From: Octopus sinensis
Lineage: Eukaryota
Length of the DNA stretch: 64,000 nucleotides
Assembly (NCBI RefSeq): GCF_006345805.1
Contig: NC_043000.1
Span: 102,982,001-103,046,000, forward strand
Direction of reading: 5' to 3'
Shown piece after piece: positions 26,966 through 40,696 of the stretch; the stretch's first letter is position 1; each line of letters starts with the position of its first letter. The position numbers were made by a program, and so were the translations under genes. Below the pieces are notes generated by a model. The model did not search any database and was not told the origin of the DNA. It saw only the letters and a list, made by a program, of their open reading frames with translations.

Positions 26966-27364
26966 CTATAATATATAAACATATGCATATAGATACATAT
27001 ACAAATAATAAAATATGCGCGTACATATGGCGGTGCCCCAGCATGGCCACAGCTCGTGAGCTGAAACTAGAATCAATCAATCAATCATATATAAACGTGT
27101 GTGTTTATATATTTCTCCCCCTCTCCCTGCATATATATAAAGAGAAAGAGGAAAGGAATATATAAACACACAGGCAGAGATATGTATACATATACTCACA
27201 CATGCGCATTATATCTAATATATATTATATATATATATATAGTATATATATCAATATATATAGTATATATATATACACATATATATATACAACATATATA
27301 TAATATTATATATATATATATATAATATATATGATGTATATATATATATAATATATATATATGT

Positions 27365-27397
<33 letters not shown>

Positions 27398-27488
27398 TAT
27401 ATATATATATCTATATATATATATATATATAGTGTTATATATATATGTAGATATATTATGTATATAGATATATATATATATATATATT

Positions 27489-27525
<37 letters not shown>

Positions 27526-27539
27526 ATATATATATATAT

Positions 27540-27622
27540 TTTTTTTTTAATTTCATTTTATAGAAGGAGCTTCTACAAGACTAGAACTTATTTACTGTGG
27601 TTACCTCGACTCAACCGGGACC

Positions 27623-27627
<5 letters not shown>
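27540..27627 (-). mobile_element. Short poly(A)-tailed retroelement 3' end inserted in (TA)n
   Basis: Minus strand ...GAAGCTCCTTCTATAAAATGAAATTAAAAAAAAA, with (TA)n on both sides. Confidence 0.45.
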
Positions 27628-27653
<26 letters not shown>

Positions 27654-28149
27654 TATATAATACCACATACATACATACATGCATGCACACACATACAGAC
27701 TAATATGAATAATTTTGTCCAGGCTGTGTCTAGTCTTAAAAGGGTTGTCTGACGACTTTTCCAGTTTTGTAACCCTGCCAAATCACCCCATCAAAATATG
27801 TAGAGTGGTGGGGGAAGAAGAAACATACTAACTCACAAGTTCTCACTAGATGCAGTGAATCAACACAGTAACAACAGCAGCAGCAGCAGCAGTAGTTGAA
27901 GGTACTCTCTGCGTGTGTGTCAGATCTCATCGGATAAAACTTTATGAGCAAAGTCTGTCTAGTCATGACCAACCATCCTGTTACACTACACTAGTATTAC
28001 ATGAACCAATGTGTCTCACTTTAGATATAAGACGTTGATTTGAAGAAAATTTAGCTTTTTAGAAGGGACCATTACAGTTCAAAGTGGGTATTGCAGAAAT
28101 AACCGTTAAGGTACAGAATCTATCTGTTACCTTTACTTTAAAAAAATAT

Positions 28150-28600
28150 TTTACTTGTTTCAGTCATTGGGCTGCGGCCATGCTGGGATACCACTACTTT
28201 CAAGAGTTTTAGTCGAACAAATAAAACCCAGGGCGGAGGTGAAGAATACGTACACCATCAGTTTTCGGCGTAACAAAAACCCTAACCCTAAACACTGGGT
28301 GTATGTATTCTTTACTTTCGCCAAACCCAGTACATTTCTTTAAAATCCCGTACTTATTCTATCGGTCCCTTTGCCAAACCACCAAGGTTATGATAACGTA
28401 AACAAACTAACACCAGTTGCCAAACACCTCCTCTCTACCTCTCATACATACACACACATACACGACGGGCTTCTTTCGGTTTCCGTCTACCAAATCCATT
28501 CCCAGGGAAAAACTCGCCTATGGGGCAACGCAGTGTGGCTTGAATCCGAAACCATGTGGTTGGAAAGCAAAGTTTGTACCATCCAGTCAACGCATGTAAT
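28150..28600 (-). mobile_element. SINE family A copy interrupted by a 91-bp MITE
   Basis: Removing 28232-28322 and one TSD restores GTCGAACAAATAAAACCCAGTAC, which matches the family A ...GTCGAA...CCCAG(G/T)AC segment. Confidence 0.75.
28232..28322. mobile_element. 91-bp MITE, 8-bp TSD, ~25-bp TIRs, telomeric core
   Basis: TSD AAACCCAG on both sides; TIRs GGCGGAGGTGAAGAATACGTACACC / GGTGTATGTATTCTTTTACTTTCGCC; core CCCTAACCCTAA. Confidence 0.85.
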
Positions 28601-29253
28601 CTAAAAGAAATTTTTGTTTCTTAAACTTTTTTTTTTCATACATACATCGCAAGCAAACAATTTCAAATATGAAGAGATCGAAAGATTTTTTACAACACCG
28701 ATCGATCGACCCATCATTTTAGTTCATTTGTTTATTATCTAAAACGGTAGTCTAAACCCCATCCGGAGTCAACTTTGCGTTCCCTCATTTCGGGGTCAAT
28801 ATAAGGAAGCACCAGTCATGTAGTGACTAGAATCGACGGTATCGCCTAACCACCCTTCCCTCAAATGTGTTTAAAATCAGAAACCATTACTCAAAACAAA
28901 AGTAATCCGAGGGAGAATTGATTAGTTACTGCTGTTGTTTCTAGCAGGTAGAATGGCTGTAAAGAAGATCGCTACTTCGTCGTCGCCAACCCGTAAAACA
29001 AACTATTATGGAAAAGGAGGAAAAGTAAAAAAAAAAAAATCCATATATAGCTATAGAAATAAAACGGAGTAATAGAAATCTTCTGTACATATATACAGAA
29101 TGTGTGTGTGTGTGTGTGTGTAATGTATATATACACATATACATATAGAGACAGACAGGTCGGGTATATCTAGCTGTCTATCTAAAAATTTAAACTTTAA
29201 ACACAAACATACAAAACATATATTATATATAAACATGTGTGTATGGATATATA

Positions 29254-29296
<43 letters not shown>

Positions 29297-30197
29297 GGAA
29301 GTTAAATGAAATCTTAAGACGAAGAGAAATCTGTGTGTGAGCGTGCAGAAACACATGCACGCACACACAATTTCTCTCTCTCTCTCTCACACACACACAC
29401 ATACATAAAACAACACATACAGTATATATATAAAAAACGTGCCAGCGAAGCCTTCATAACCGAAACTGAATTTAACCAACCAACCAACCCTGCCATGCTA
29501 TTTCACTTGAGTTTCCAAGCAAACATTTTTTAGGGTTTTCGACTGAAAAAACTAGGTCGGTTCTCCAATTTCATGAAGAAATTGGATTTTCTAGTTTTAC
29601 GCAATGGTGGGGGTGGGTGTCTATGAAAAAAAAAAAACACGTACTTTTATTTATTTAATAGATTCAATGAAATAAAAAGAAAAGCCAAGTGAAAAAAAGT
29701 AGACATTTAAAAAAAGTAATGAAATACGAAAATCATAACAAAACAAAATAACGAGAACGTTTATATAAACATATTTGACGGGCGAGTGTGTGTATGCATA
29801 TACAGGTATATATCGGAGGACATACATCTATATATATATATATATATACATTAGATTACGTATATAAGATATATATCCTATACATAATGTATGTTATATT
29901 ACATTACATACATACATACATAATATATTATATATATATTATAATATACATATGTGTGTGTTTGTATACATTTCAGGGTGTTGTATGTGTGTTAGGGAAT
30001 GTATGTATGTATGTATGTATATATACGTATTCATGCATGTATGTATATAGGTGTCAAGACATGCAAATGGTAACTACAAATGAGTTGGGATAAATGTCAA
30101 ATGAACGGAGAGACTTATTACGAAAACGTGGTTTATATGAGGGGAAATAAAGCAAATCGTATGACGATGATGACAATAATAATAATAATAACAATAA

Positions 30198-30393
30198 TTC
30201 TTTCTATTAAAGGCACAAGGCCTAAAATTTAGAGGAAAGGGGACTAGTCGATCACATTGATCTCCAGTGTCACTGGTACTTCATTTATCGAACCCCGAAA
30301 GAATGAATGGCAAAGTCGACCTCGGTGGAATTTGAACTCAGAACGTGCAGACGGACATGCCGCTAAGCATTCTGATCAGAGTGCTAACGATTC
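30198..30393 (-). mobile_element. SINE family B, tail type 1 (head truncated by the adjacent copy)
   Basis: Central GTCGACTTTGCCATTCATTCTTTCGGGG; tail ...AAATTTTAGGCCTTGTGCCTTTAATAGAAAGAA followed by (TTA)n. Confidence 0.8.
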
Positions 30394-30395
30394 TT

Positions 30396-30618
30396 ATTTC
30401 TTTACTGCCCACAAGAGGCTACACACAGAGGGGACAGACAAACGGATTAAATCGATTATATCGACCCCAGTGCGTAACTGGTACTTATTTAATCGACCCC
30501 GAAAGGATGAAAGGCAAAGTCGACCTCGGCGGAATTTGAACTCAGAACGTATCGACAGACGAAATACCGCTAAGCATTTCGCCCGGCGCGCTAACGTTTC
30601 TGCCAGCTCGCCGCCTTA
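30396..30618 (-). mobile_element. SINE family B, tail type 2, near consensus
   Basis: AAGGCGGCGAGCTGGCAGAAACGTTAGC...GAGTTCAAATTCC (A/B-box-like) ... TGTCCCCTCTGTGTGTAGCCTCTTGTGGGCAGTAAAGAAAT. Confidence 0.9.
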
Positions 30619-33600
30619 ATAATAATAATTTTCTTATTAGCCACAAGGGCTTACATAAAACAACATGAAATGACAAAACAGGACGAGGAGGGGATCCACT
30701 GACTACTGGAAAAGATTGGGGGAATTTGAGAATCGATTCTGACAATTAAACCTACCCTTGAATGCGGTGCCCTAAGCATGGCCGCAAATCTAATCACTGA
30801 AACAAGTAAAATATAAAAGATATAAATAAGCAAACAAATATATGAAAGGCACCAGAAATCATCAAATATGTGAAGGAATGAAGAATCTGGAAGGAAAGGG
30901 CTGACGAGTCACCAACATCTTCGTAGCCCTCCTTTCCTATTAGTTTGTTAGAGCTGCGCAATGCGAGTGATGAGTTTCAGTTAAGAGTTAGTTACTGAGA
31001 GTTGGGGTGGGTGAGAATATTTGATATCAAGTGAAAAGCTTGTCATATCGTTGATGTTCAACAGTTTTAACATTTGGAAAAATTATTCGATTCAAATACG
31101 CTTAAAGTGTCAAATTAGATACAGTTACAAAAGAATAGACAGGCAAACTGGTATCGGATCAACTATAATGAACACAAATACACACAAATATATATGTACA
31201 CACATACATACAAAACGTTTATATGCACACACATACGCATAGACACAAACATAAATTAAGTTGAAAATTTCACAGAAAATATTTTGAAATTTATATAAAT
31301 CTTCATTTCATGTATCCACTCCGCATTTTTTAAAACTTCATTTCTCATATTCTGCTTGTTTGAACAAGTAAGGATATAACGGGCAGCCTTCGACTTCTCC
31401 AATCCAAAAGGGTTTTTCAGCCTATTATTTATATGCTATTGTTTATAGCTTTATGTGCTTCGATATCCAACACAAACAAACATGTGAAGAGGAGGAGATC
31501 TATGCATTGGCGTTCAAACTGCCAGAAATAGCTCGCAAATCACATCAAACCATTTTTTAAAAGAAACATAGGATAATGTAATGCTTAAAAAAATACTTAT
31601 TGGTGCTATAGCAATATAATAATGTATATCTGAAAAAAACAACAAAAAAAAAGATTGGATGGTCACAAATGGTGCGCCTGTCAGCAATAGGTTCATTCGA
31701 TCAATGCTAAAGCAGTAAGGGTACTTAGAGACGGTTTGCACCTGCGAAGTAGTAAAGGGAAAAGTTTGCAAAGTGGAATAAATTATTTTAACGTGACGAA
31801 TAAGGAAATCGGGCCAAAATAAGGACGTTTAAAGAGGTGAAAATAAAATAAATGCTTTTTCCTTAAAAAGAGAGAGGGGAGTTTAGAATTAAATGGACCT
31901 TCTTTTGACAAACTTGAAAAAAGAAAGGGTAGGCTGACACGGCTCAGAAAGTAAGGTAGATTATTCGTGAAATATTGAATATCAATGTATGCGTGACAAA
32001 CTTAAATGTTAGATAGATAAGCTAGTTTGATACGATTGAATAAATAACTAATTGAATTAACCAGGAGCAAGTATTGGAAAGAAAAGGCGAAGCGACTTCA
32101 CAATTAATGGATAAAACAGTTTCCTGTATTTATAAAGTAAACATTTTTTCTCTATATTTTATTTTAGAAAGTAGAATCATAAGTGAAATATCTCAAAGCC
32201 CCCTATCGATCGATAGGGTCAAAGAGCAAAGAGGAATTAAATCATTTATTCCGCTTTGCACTTTAACAATTTACATTTTCGACTTGAAAAAAAAGTTAAT
32301 TTCTCTATCCTCAAATAATCGCTATTCTCAATGATTCAATCGGTGAATATATATATATAATGAATGCATATTTCAATTCACCAACAATAATTAAATCGTG
32401 TTAAGCTCTACAATATATATGTAACACTATACTGTATATCATGTATATTTCGAGTTCCATACAATAAAAGATGTACTATGTTGCATCTTGGAGTAGGGTG
32501 GGAGGAGGTACAATGCTGCCGACACATGTAGGCATGCCACATGAATTAAAATATTCTCGATACATAAAATCCAATGTCACACGGATAAATGTAATCAAAC
32601 GTTAAGTTATGAAAATTAATGGGTCACGAACTCGCTCGGGATATAGTTACAACTTCTGCATTAAGTCCGCGAACCAGCCATCATCACACTAAGCAATTAT
32701 GTGTATGCGAGTGTGCGTGTTAGTATATATATGTATAATATATATATGTGTGTGTGTGCATATGTATGAATATATATACATATGCATATCTATGAGAAAG
32801 TATGTTCATATGACTGTGTAAATGCATATTTATGCGTGTGTAATCACATATAAAACAATATTCAGTGACTGACATGAATCAGTAAACAAGTTCTATTTGT
32901 TTATCAACAACAACGGAAATATGCAACGCTAAATACGAATTATATACATTACTAAATATAAACATAATGCACATTTTCGTCTAAAAATATTCCCAATCAC
33001 CACCAACAGCAAATCATACTTTTTAACAAGAGAGAGAGAGAGAGTGGGGGGAAGAGTAGAAGAAAGGTTGAATTACTTCAAGTGAAACACAAACACGTGC
33101 TTCTAAGTTAAAGGCCGTAAAAAATCTATTAGCAGACTTGAATCCCCACACATCTGTACGTGTGTCGTAAAAAAAAATTGGACAATGATGTGTGTGTATG
33201 TGAATTCATTTAATATATAAATATACACAGGTAAGTTTTTGCGAGATGTTGCATTGCACGTGTTTGGAGAGCCAGTCTGTACATAGCCTTATACTTAGTG
33301 ACGAAGCCTGCGACAAACAAAAAATTCAGGGTTCACTGGTGTGATTGCAGTTAGCATGGGAGTGTGTTTCAGTCTCTCCCTCTCGCATGCAAACTAGACT
33401 ATACCAGACGAAGGAGGAAGCAAAAATTCAGTCACTCGATCTGCAAGAAATAGCAGCCAAATTCCCCGAAAGTCACACACTTATAATCAATCTTAGGAGA
33501 GAAGAACGCGTTCTATGACGGGATCGTTGAGTACAAAGTGCACGTGATGGTCACGGCTAGAACGCTTTCAATCAGCAGTGAATATAGGTCTACTGAGTGG

Positions 33601-34595
33601 TCGATCAAGAGTTAACCTGGAGCTTTTAAGCAATAACAAGACCTTATCCTGAATGGCAAATAAGCAGGAGAGAGACAGGGTCGCGGCAGACATCTCCCGC
33701 CTTCGTTCGCCTCGTTGTCCCTCCCACCTCATGAGAATTTAAATGTCCATGCAGAAAAAAAATGTTGAATAAAGTATTAAGGGTAAAAAAAAATGCGGGG
33801 TGGGAGAGAAATGAGAGAAGTACTGCAGTAAAGTCATGTACAAATAGGAGTAGTAGAAATTATTCGGGCGAGGGGGTAAAATTATTTTGGTTAGGAAGTT
33901 TTTCAGTGAAAGGAAGAATTCACTCACAATAACCATCATCAACTGTGGTTATAACCAGTACAAGAGTTGTTAGATGTGAGTGAAGGAATTTTAGAGGGTC
34001 AAGATTCTACCAAACGGATAAATCTCGGGGATACAAAAGAAGAAAATATAAACATTACAACTCTCTCTCTCTATATATATATATAGTTGTAATGTTTATA
34101 ATCGTGTCGTGCCTATATTTATCTACATATGTGCATATTATGCTTATATATATGCATACGTGTATGATATAATTTACACACATGCATACTTTTGGGAATG
34201 TTTATATCAAATTATGCATGCAAATAATATATACGCGTTAATTTTCATAAAGTTCATCTATACATGTATATTTACACCACACGCATTCTCCTCTCTCTCT
34301 CTCTCTCTTATATAATATATATATATACATATACACACACACAGCCAGGGACTCGGTTTTGTAATGTTTATATTATACTGTCTTTATGTATGTATCTAGG
34401 ACTGTATATGTGTGTGTGTACTTAATACAGATTGGAATTTATTCGTTCTAATTTGGTCAGTCATTCCATCGCTTTTCTACATTCGTTCTGGTGACATGTT
34501 CTTTAATTTGTCTGGGCCATCAAGGGGCCACGCTGGACTAATGCCTTCACATACCCATACACACGCATTTGCACACACTCTCTCTCTCTCTCTCT

Positions 34596-34640
<45 letters not shown>

Positions 34641-35571
34641 ACAAGTGTGTGTGAAAATGTGAGAGAAAATGAGATGAGAGAGAGAGAGAGAGAGAGGGAA
34701 TAAAACTATAGTAATTCTATAGTTTGACTATATATAAACACTTCACACACACACACATATAAATATATATATATTATATATATATATATAGGGAGAGAGA
34801 GATAGGTAGGAGGGGTACAAGGTCACATATTGGAGTGGACGGGGGGGTCAGTTTATTATAACGACCGAGTACGTGACTCGTACTTTATTTAATCGATCCA
34901 GGGTATACGAAGTGTCAAGTGACAATGAATTGAGTTTGAACTCAGAACGTAAAGCGACATAAACTAATGGAAGACATTCCATCCGTTGCTCCACTGATTC
35001 TTCTTATGAAATCATTTAATAGTAGAACAAGTAAATATAGGAACAGGTATAATGAAGTATATACATTATCAGACAGAAAAAGATAGACATATAGAAAGAC
35101 AACTAAACACATGAGATGATGTATAGAAAACAGATATATGAAAATATAGATTAACAGAGATAAATTTAGGTAGAGCAATATATTCATATAGATATATATA
35201 TATATATGCGCGAGTGAGTATTAGTATTCATATATATACTAAATAAAAAAAATATACATTGATCTCTTTACACACAAGAACACTGCAAATGGACTAAAAA
35301 AGAAAATTCAAGAATTAGATATGAAGTTGGGAGACGATAAAAATCATCTTAAGAAGCGTAGACAAAAGTTTCGAGTTCATTTATCAACATTTTATGCAAA
35401 TATCAGAAGACGTTTATTTTTTCAAAAAATAATTTTGAGGAATTCGAGAGTAAACAAGCGGTAACGAAGGGGACAAGGGTAATATATATATATATATAAT
35501 ATATTATATATATAATATGTATGTATGTAGTATGTATGTATGTGTGTGGTAACTGCTATTGCGAGAGTCCG

Positions 35572-35618
<47 letters not shown>

Positions 35619-36984
35619 GTATATTATTGTGTTGTTTTAGACCGATGTTAGTAGACCTGATCGAGATGTGACCTATGATCCAAAAACATGAGAGCAGTGT
35701 GACTATCACCTCTTATCGTTTCTCTAGAAACAGAGAGGTGCACCACAGAAATTACATCCTATAAAGTTTCCGTTTCTTTTCCTTTTATTTCAAGATAGTA
35801 AACTGGTTACGATTCGGGTGGAAATACGGCTGCTATTTCTAGCAGGCGAAGTAACCGTGTGTATGAAAACGTCTCCCGCGTCGACTTGTCATCGTATTTT
35901 TAATTAATTATTGCTTATAATTGTGATGACGATGATGATGATGGTGGTGGTGGTTGTGGAGGTCGTGGTAGGATTGTTATTGTTGTTGTCATGATTATAA
36001 CCAATAACAACAACAGTTCCCAAAATAAATACAAAGAATGTATTGAAGATGGGACCCGGTGTTGATATTATAAAAATAAAATAATAATAATAGAAAGGAG
36101 AAAACAAAAATGAAGGCAAAATTACTTTAGTTTACCTGCTTCCTCCAATGTAATAATATATCACTCCCGTCCTAGGCGAAACATCCAGATGAGACAGCAT
36201 ATAAAAAAAAACTTATCCTAGGCAAACGTGAAAACTCAGAAATGGAAAAGACAGCGATACAGGCCGGACAAGAGAGGGGGAGTTGGGATGAACGAAAGAC
36301 TAAGCTAAACAGCGAGAGGAAGAGTGCTAGGGAGAACTACTAAAGAATGAGGTAAGAGAGTGAGAGAAAAGGTAAGTTAGAAAGAGATGGGTTGAGGCGG
36401 AAAGAAAGAGTAAGAGAGAGAGAGAGCAAAACAGACTGATAAACAGAAAAAAAGGAGAAGAGGGAGACAGCAAGACTTGGTAAAGAACAAGAAAGGAAGT
36501 GGGAGGTAGAAATACTAAGTAAGAAAGAGAGAGGAAGTTACTAAGCGAGCGAGGAAGAGGAAGGCAGAACGTTTGGGTTAACAACAGAGGGGAAGAGGAG
36601 AAGGGAAAGACTAAGTTAGAAAGAGAGAGAGAAAGATGGAAAAAAAAAGTAAGTTAAAAAGAGAAAGAAAGGGAGAGAGAGAAAGGGGAGGAATGAAAGC
36701 GTAAGTTAGCAGAGTGTTAGAAAGAGAAGGAATGGAGAAAGTATAGTAGAGTAAATTGAAAATTAGGGGAGGAGGAAAAAACGAATGGGAGATAAAGTGT
36801 GGGAGAAGAAAGCGATGGAACTGCAGTAAATGAAGGAAGGAAGAAAAGAAGAAAAAAGTTCATCGAAAAAAAACTGAACACAAAAAGTTGACTAGAAAAG
36901 AGAGGGAAAAGAAAGGAAGCTCTTTTGCTTATATGCTGTACTTTATTGTTATAATGATAGTCGTTGTTATAGTTGTTGTTGATG

Positions 36985-37130
36985 TTTTCAAAGATGGCGG
37001 TGAAAAAAAATCCTGCGGCGGGTGATGTAAATACGACTCCTCCCCCCGGCATCAACAGTTGCCCGGAAGTAGTCGGCGGACGAGGCGACGGCGGGAGGTA
37101 GCCGATAAGAGGCATGGCAGAATATCCCAA
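36985..37130. promoter_or_regulatory. Candidate CpG-rich promoter/first exon with YY1 and ETS motifs
   Basis: AAGATGGCGG (YY1-type, overlaps an ATG) at ~36990 and CCGGAAGT (ETS) at ~37065; GC/CpG-rich patch at a purine-to-pyrimidine skew switch. Confidence 0.5.
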
Positions 37131-37859
37131 TTTTATTATTTATTTCACCCGTGCATACTCGTTTCTCTTTCGTTCACTCATTCTTTCTCTCTATCTGTCT
37201 CTCTTACTCTTTCTCCCTATCTTTCACCAACCCTTTTGTCACTACTATCTTTTCCCCACTCTCTTAACTTTTTTATCTGTCTGTCTGTCTCTCTCTTTTT
37301 TCGCTACCCCTTTAGTTACTACTATTTTTTCACATTTGCTCGAACTCTCTCTCTCTTCACCCTCACTTAATACCCTATAAACGCTCTCCCCATTTTGTTT
37401 TCCTCGCTCACAGTTTTACTCTCTGTTTAAACTTTTTCACTCTTGCTAAACTTACTTACTAGTCTCAACCTACACTTCCTCTCTCTCTTCTCTCTTCTCT
37501 CTCTCTCTCTCTCACTGTCTATATCTTCACATTCTTATGCTATCGCTATGCCAAAACGCATCTGTACCTACTCCTTTACTGATTATTTCCCACTGTCATT
37601 CCATCTACGATCAACTCCCAGTCTGTCCTCTTTATTCATAAACCCCTTTTCGTTTTAATAGTACACACACACACGCACACATGTATTTATACCATTAAAA
37701 ACGGAAAAAAGTTTTAATATATGCATGCATGCATACATACATACATACATTGTTATTTTTAAACGGCAAAATTTACAAACTCAAAGGCAGAGTTTCGTGT
37801 ATTACGTTTACTAAAAGGGTTCTGTAAGAGGTTCGCCCTTTCGCTCGCTTACACACAGA

Positions 37860-37880
37860 CAGACAGATAGATAGATAGAC

Positions 37881-37958
<78 letters not shown>
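37860..37958. repeat. (GATA)n microsatellite
   Basis: Direct inspection; others at ~39320-39378, 42078-42140, 44187-44277 and 46020-46082. Confidence 0.95.
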
Positions 37959-37959
<1 letters not shown>

Positions 37960-38025
37960 AGCGGTAATAATTTTAATGGATCAAGATAGTCTTTTTTGTT
38001 GATATATCCTTATTTGTCCCTGTAT

Positions 38026-38245
38026 AAAGTGGCGAGCTGGCAGAATCGTTAGGGCAACGGGCAAATGCTCAGCGGCATTTCGCCAGTCTTCATGATCCGA
38101 GTTCAAATACTGCTAAGGTCAACTGTGCCTTTCATCCTTTCGATATCAATCAAATAAGTATCAGTTGAGCACTGGGGCCGATGTAATCAACTGACCCCTT
38201 CTCTCGAGTTTGCTGGCGTCGTGCAAAACTTTGAAACCAGTCTAT
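38026..38245 (+). mobile_element. SINE family B, tail type 1
   Basis: AAAGTGGCGAGCTGGCAGAATCGTTAG head; tail TTTGCTGGCGTCGTGCAAAACTTTGAAACC. Confidence 0.8.
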
Positions 38246-38703
38246 TCTTATTCAACTTCGTTGCTCAAATACATACAATTGGCTACTCTATGTTGTTTCG
38301 CTTTGCTCATTTTTGTTTATTTATGCAAATTACTTAGGCCATAGATATGCTCTTCTTTTTCGTTGGTGTGAGCTCGTCTGCTGAACGCAAGGAGAATTGC
38401 TGTGCTGCTAACGTCTGTTCAGGGAGAAACACTTGTCCACTACTGTTACCAAACAATCAGACTGTCATTTCCTTAATGACATATCAATTATTGAGAATTA
38501 TTTGATTTTCTTGAGATTAACTTATTTTTTCCTTTTTACCAATTTCCACCAAGCGATTGGTCTGCCTTCTCTGGAAACGGAGAGGATTTACATAAATCAA
38601 AAATTTATCTTGTTTGTTATTAACTATACATCTATTGGGGTTTTTTTTTTATTATGCATTTACATATATACATGCGTACGTGCCTGCATAAATATACATA
38701 CAG

Positions 38704-38740
<37 letters not shown>

Positions 38741-38782
38741 ATACATACATACATACACACATACATACATACATACATACAT

Positions 38783-38835
<53 letters not shown>

Positions 38836-38933
38836 ACATACATACATACATACATACATACATACATACATACGCAAATGCACATACTATGACAATAAAC
38901 GGACGGGCATATATATATATATATATATATATA

Positions 38934-39178
38934 CCGGAGTAAACACATAAATGTGAAACAAGGTGGAAAAAAGAGTACTCAAATACCAGAGGTAGAGTAA
39001 TATGCTTTATTTAAGAGCAGCAGAAATTTAACAAAAGCTGTTACTCGGAGATTCACGTTCCCGTTCGTCGGACACTTTTGTTAAAAATGTCCGACATTTT
39101 TAACAAAACTGTCCGACGAACGGGAACGTGAAACTCCGAGTAACAGCTTTTGTTAAATTTCTGGTGCTTTTAAATGAA
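38934..39178. mobile_element. Short inverted-dimer element carrying hammerhead motifs (copy 1)
   Basis: Arms ~39007-39090 and 39094-39178 around a 3-nt loop; same family as 40697-40958; starts at the end of a (TA)n run. Confidence 0.85.
39109..39146 (+). ncRNA. Minimal type I hammerhead ribozyme motif, U4C core variant
   Basis: CTGT-CCGACGA-ACG ggaa CGT-GAAA-CT ccg AG-TA-ACAG; stems I, II and III all close. Confidence 0.6.
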
Positions 39179-39203
39179 GTATATATATATAGTAATATAT
39201 ATA

Positions 39204-39259
<56 letters not shown>

Positions 39260-39316
39260 TATATATACAGAGAGGGAGGGAGACAGATAGACTGACAGAC
39301 AGACAGACAGGCGGAC

Positions 39317-39380
<64 letters not shown>

Positions 39381-40099
39381 GTAAAGGTTGTGTTTAGAGT
39401 AGTGTAAACTACTGGCGGTCGATTTCACATAAGCTAAATCCGAGTTCCGAGTTGATGATCATCAGACGATAATGAAAATTAGAAGACCTGTGTTGTATTT
39501 TACATAGTCGCCCGGAGATCCAAAAGAAACTCGGAGTAACGAAATGTAAAGTTTCAGCTTCACAATTCATATGTGTGTCTGTGTGTGTGTGTATAAATGT
39601 ATGTACATATGTAGGTACTTTTTGGCTATCTCATCCCCATTAAAAAAATGGCTTATCTCCCCCGTTTTTGAAAAATATCGGTATATAGGTACATATGAGG
39701 TCATAAATGATATAGTTTGATGAAAACTTTTTTAACAGCAAGAAAATTCTAATATCACGACAAATTGTTTCGTAACATAAAAACATGCAAATGAATTATA
39801 TTATTATATTTAATAATAAATAAATTACTTACATGCCTGCATTAATGCAAAATGCAAAAAAAAAAAAAAATTCAAAATATAATAACATAAATTATTTACA
39901 TGTTTCTAAGATATGACACATTTTGTAGTATTAGAATTTTCTTATTGTTAAACAGAATTTCATGAAACTGATTTCTTTCATTTTTTTTTTTGTCATCATA
40001 CTCTATACTCAACATGTTTTGTAGAATGATACATAAGGAGCTTTTTTTATGATTACTACCGGATTACTTGAATCCATATATTGTGACTTAAATTATAAG

Positions 40100-40147
<48 letters not shown>

Positions 40148-40696
40148 TTGTGTGTGTGTATACATGTATATATATATATATATGTATGTGTGTTTGTATG
40201 TATGTATGTATACAACACACACACACACACCCACACATAATATATATATATATATAGATATATATATATATATATATATACACGTATTTAAAGTATAATT
40301 ATAATTAAGAGTGCTGGAGGGATAGCGCCTGTGCGCTTGAAATAGACGTCAAACGACAACAGACCACTTAAATTAATACTCCGTTTGTCACGAGACCGTA
40401 TGCAAAGAAAATTGACAAAAAAAGGAGTTATAGAAATATTATGGGCACAGCCTTGTCATAAACGTAGTGTTAATTTAAGCGGCTTGTAGTCGTTTGACGA
40501 TTATTTCAAGCGTACAGGCGCTGTCCCTCTAGTGCCCTTAATTATAATTTAATATTGACAATTACGCTTTAAATATTAATGTAACCTATATGATTTATTT
40601 GTACTTTGGTCACTGATAAATCATTAATTAATAACTTTATCCTAATCATGTATCTCTCTCTCTCTCTCCATATATATATATATATATATATATATA

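Noticed and set aside
30540-30618. tRNA-like sequence with A/B boxes
   Set aside because: SINE head, no complete cloverleaf; no true tRNA or rRNA gene seen in the window
39440-39545. Hammerhead halves (TCGT-CTGATGA on minus, GAAACTCGGAGTA-ACGA on plus)
   Set aside because: No contiguous fold on one strand; perhaps a collapsed inverted dimer, but too degraded to call
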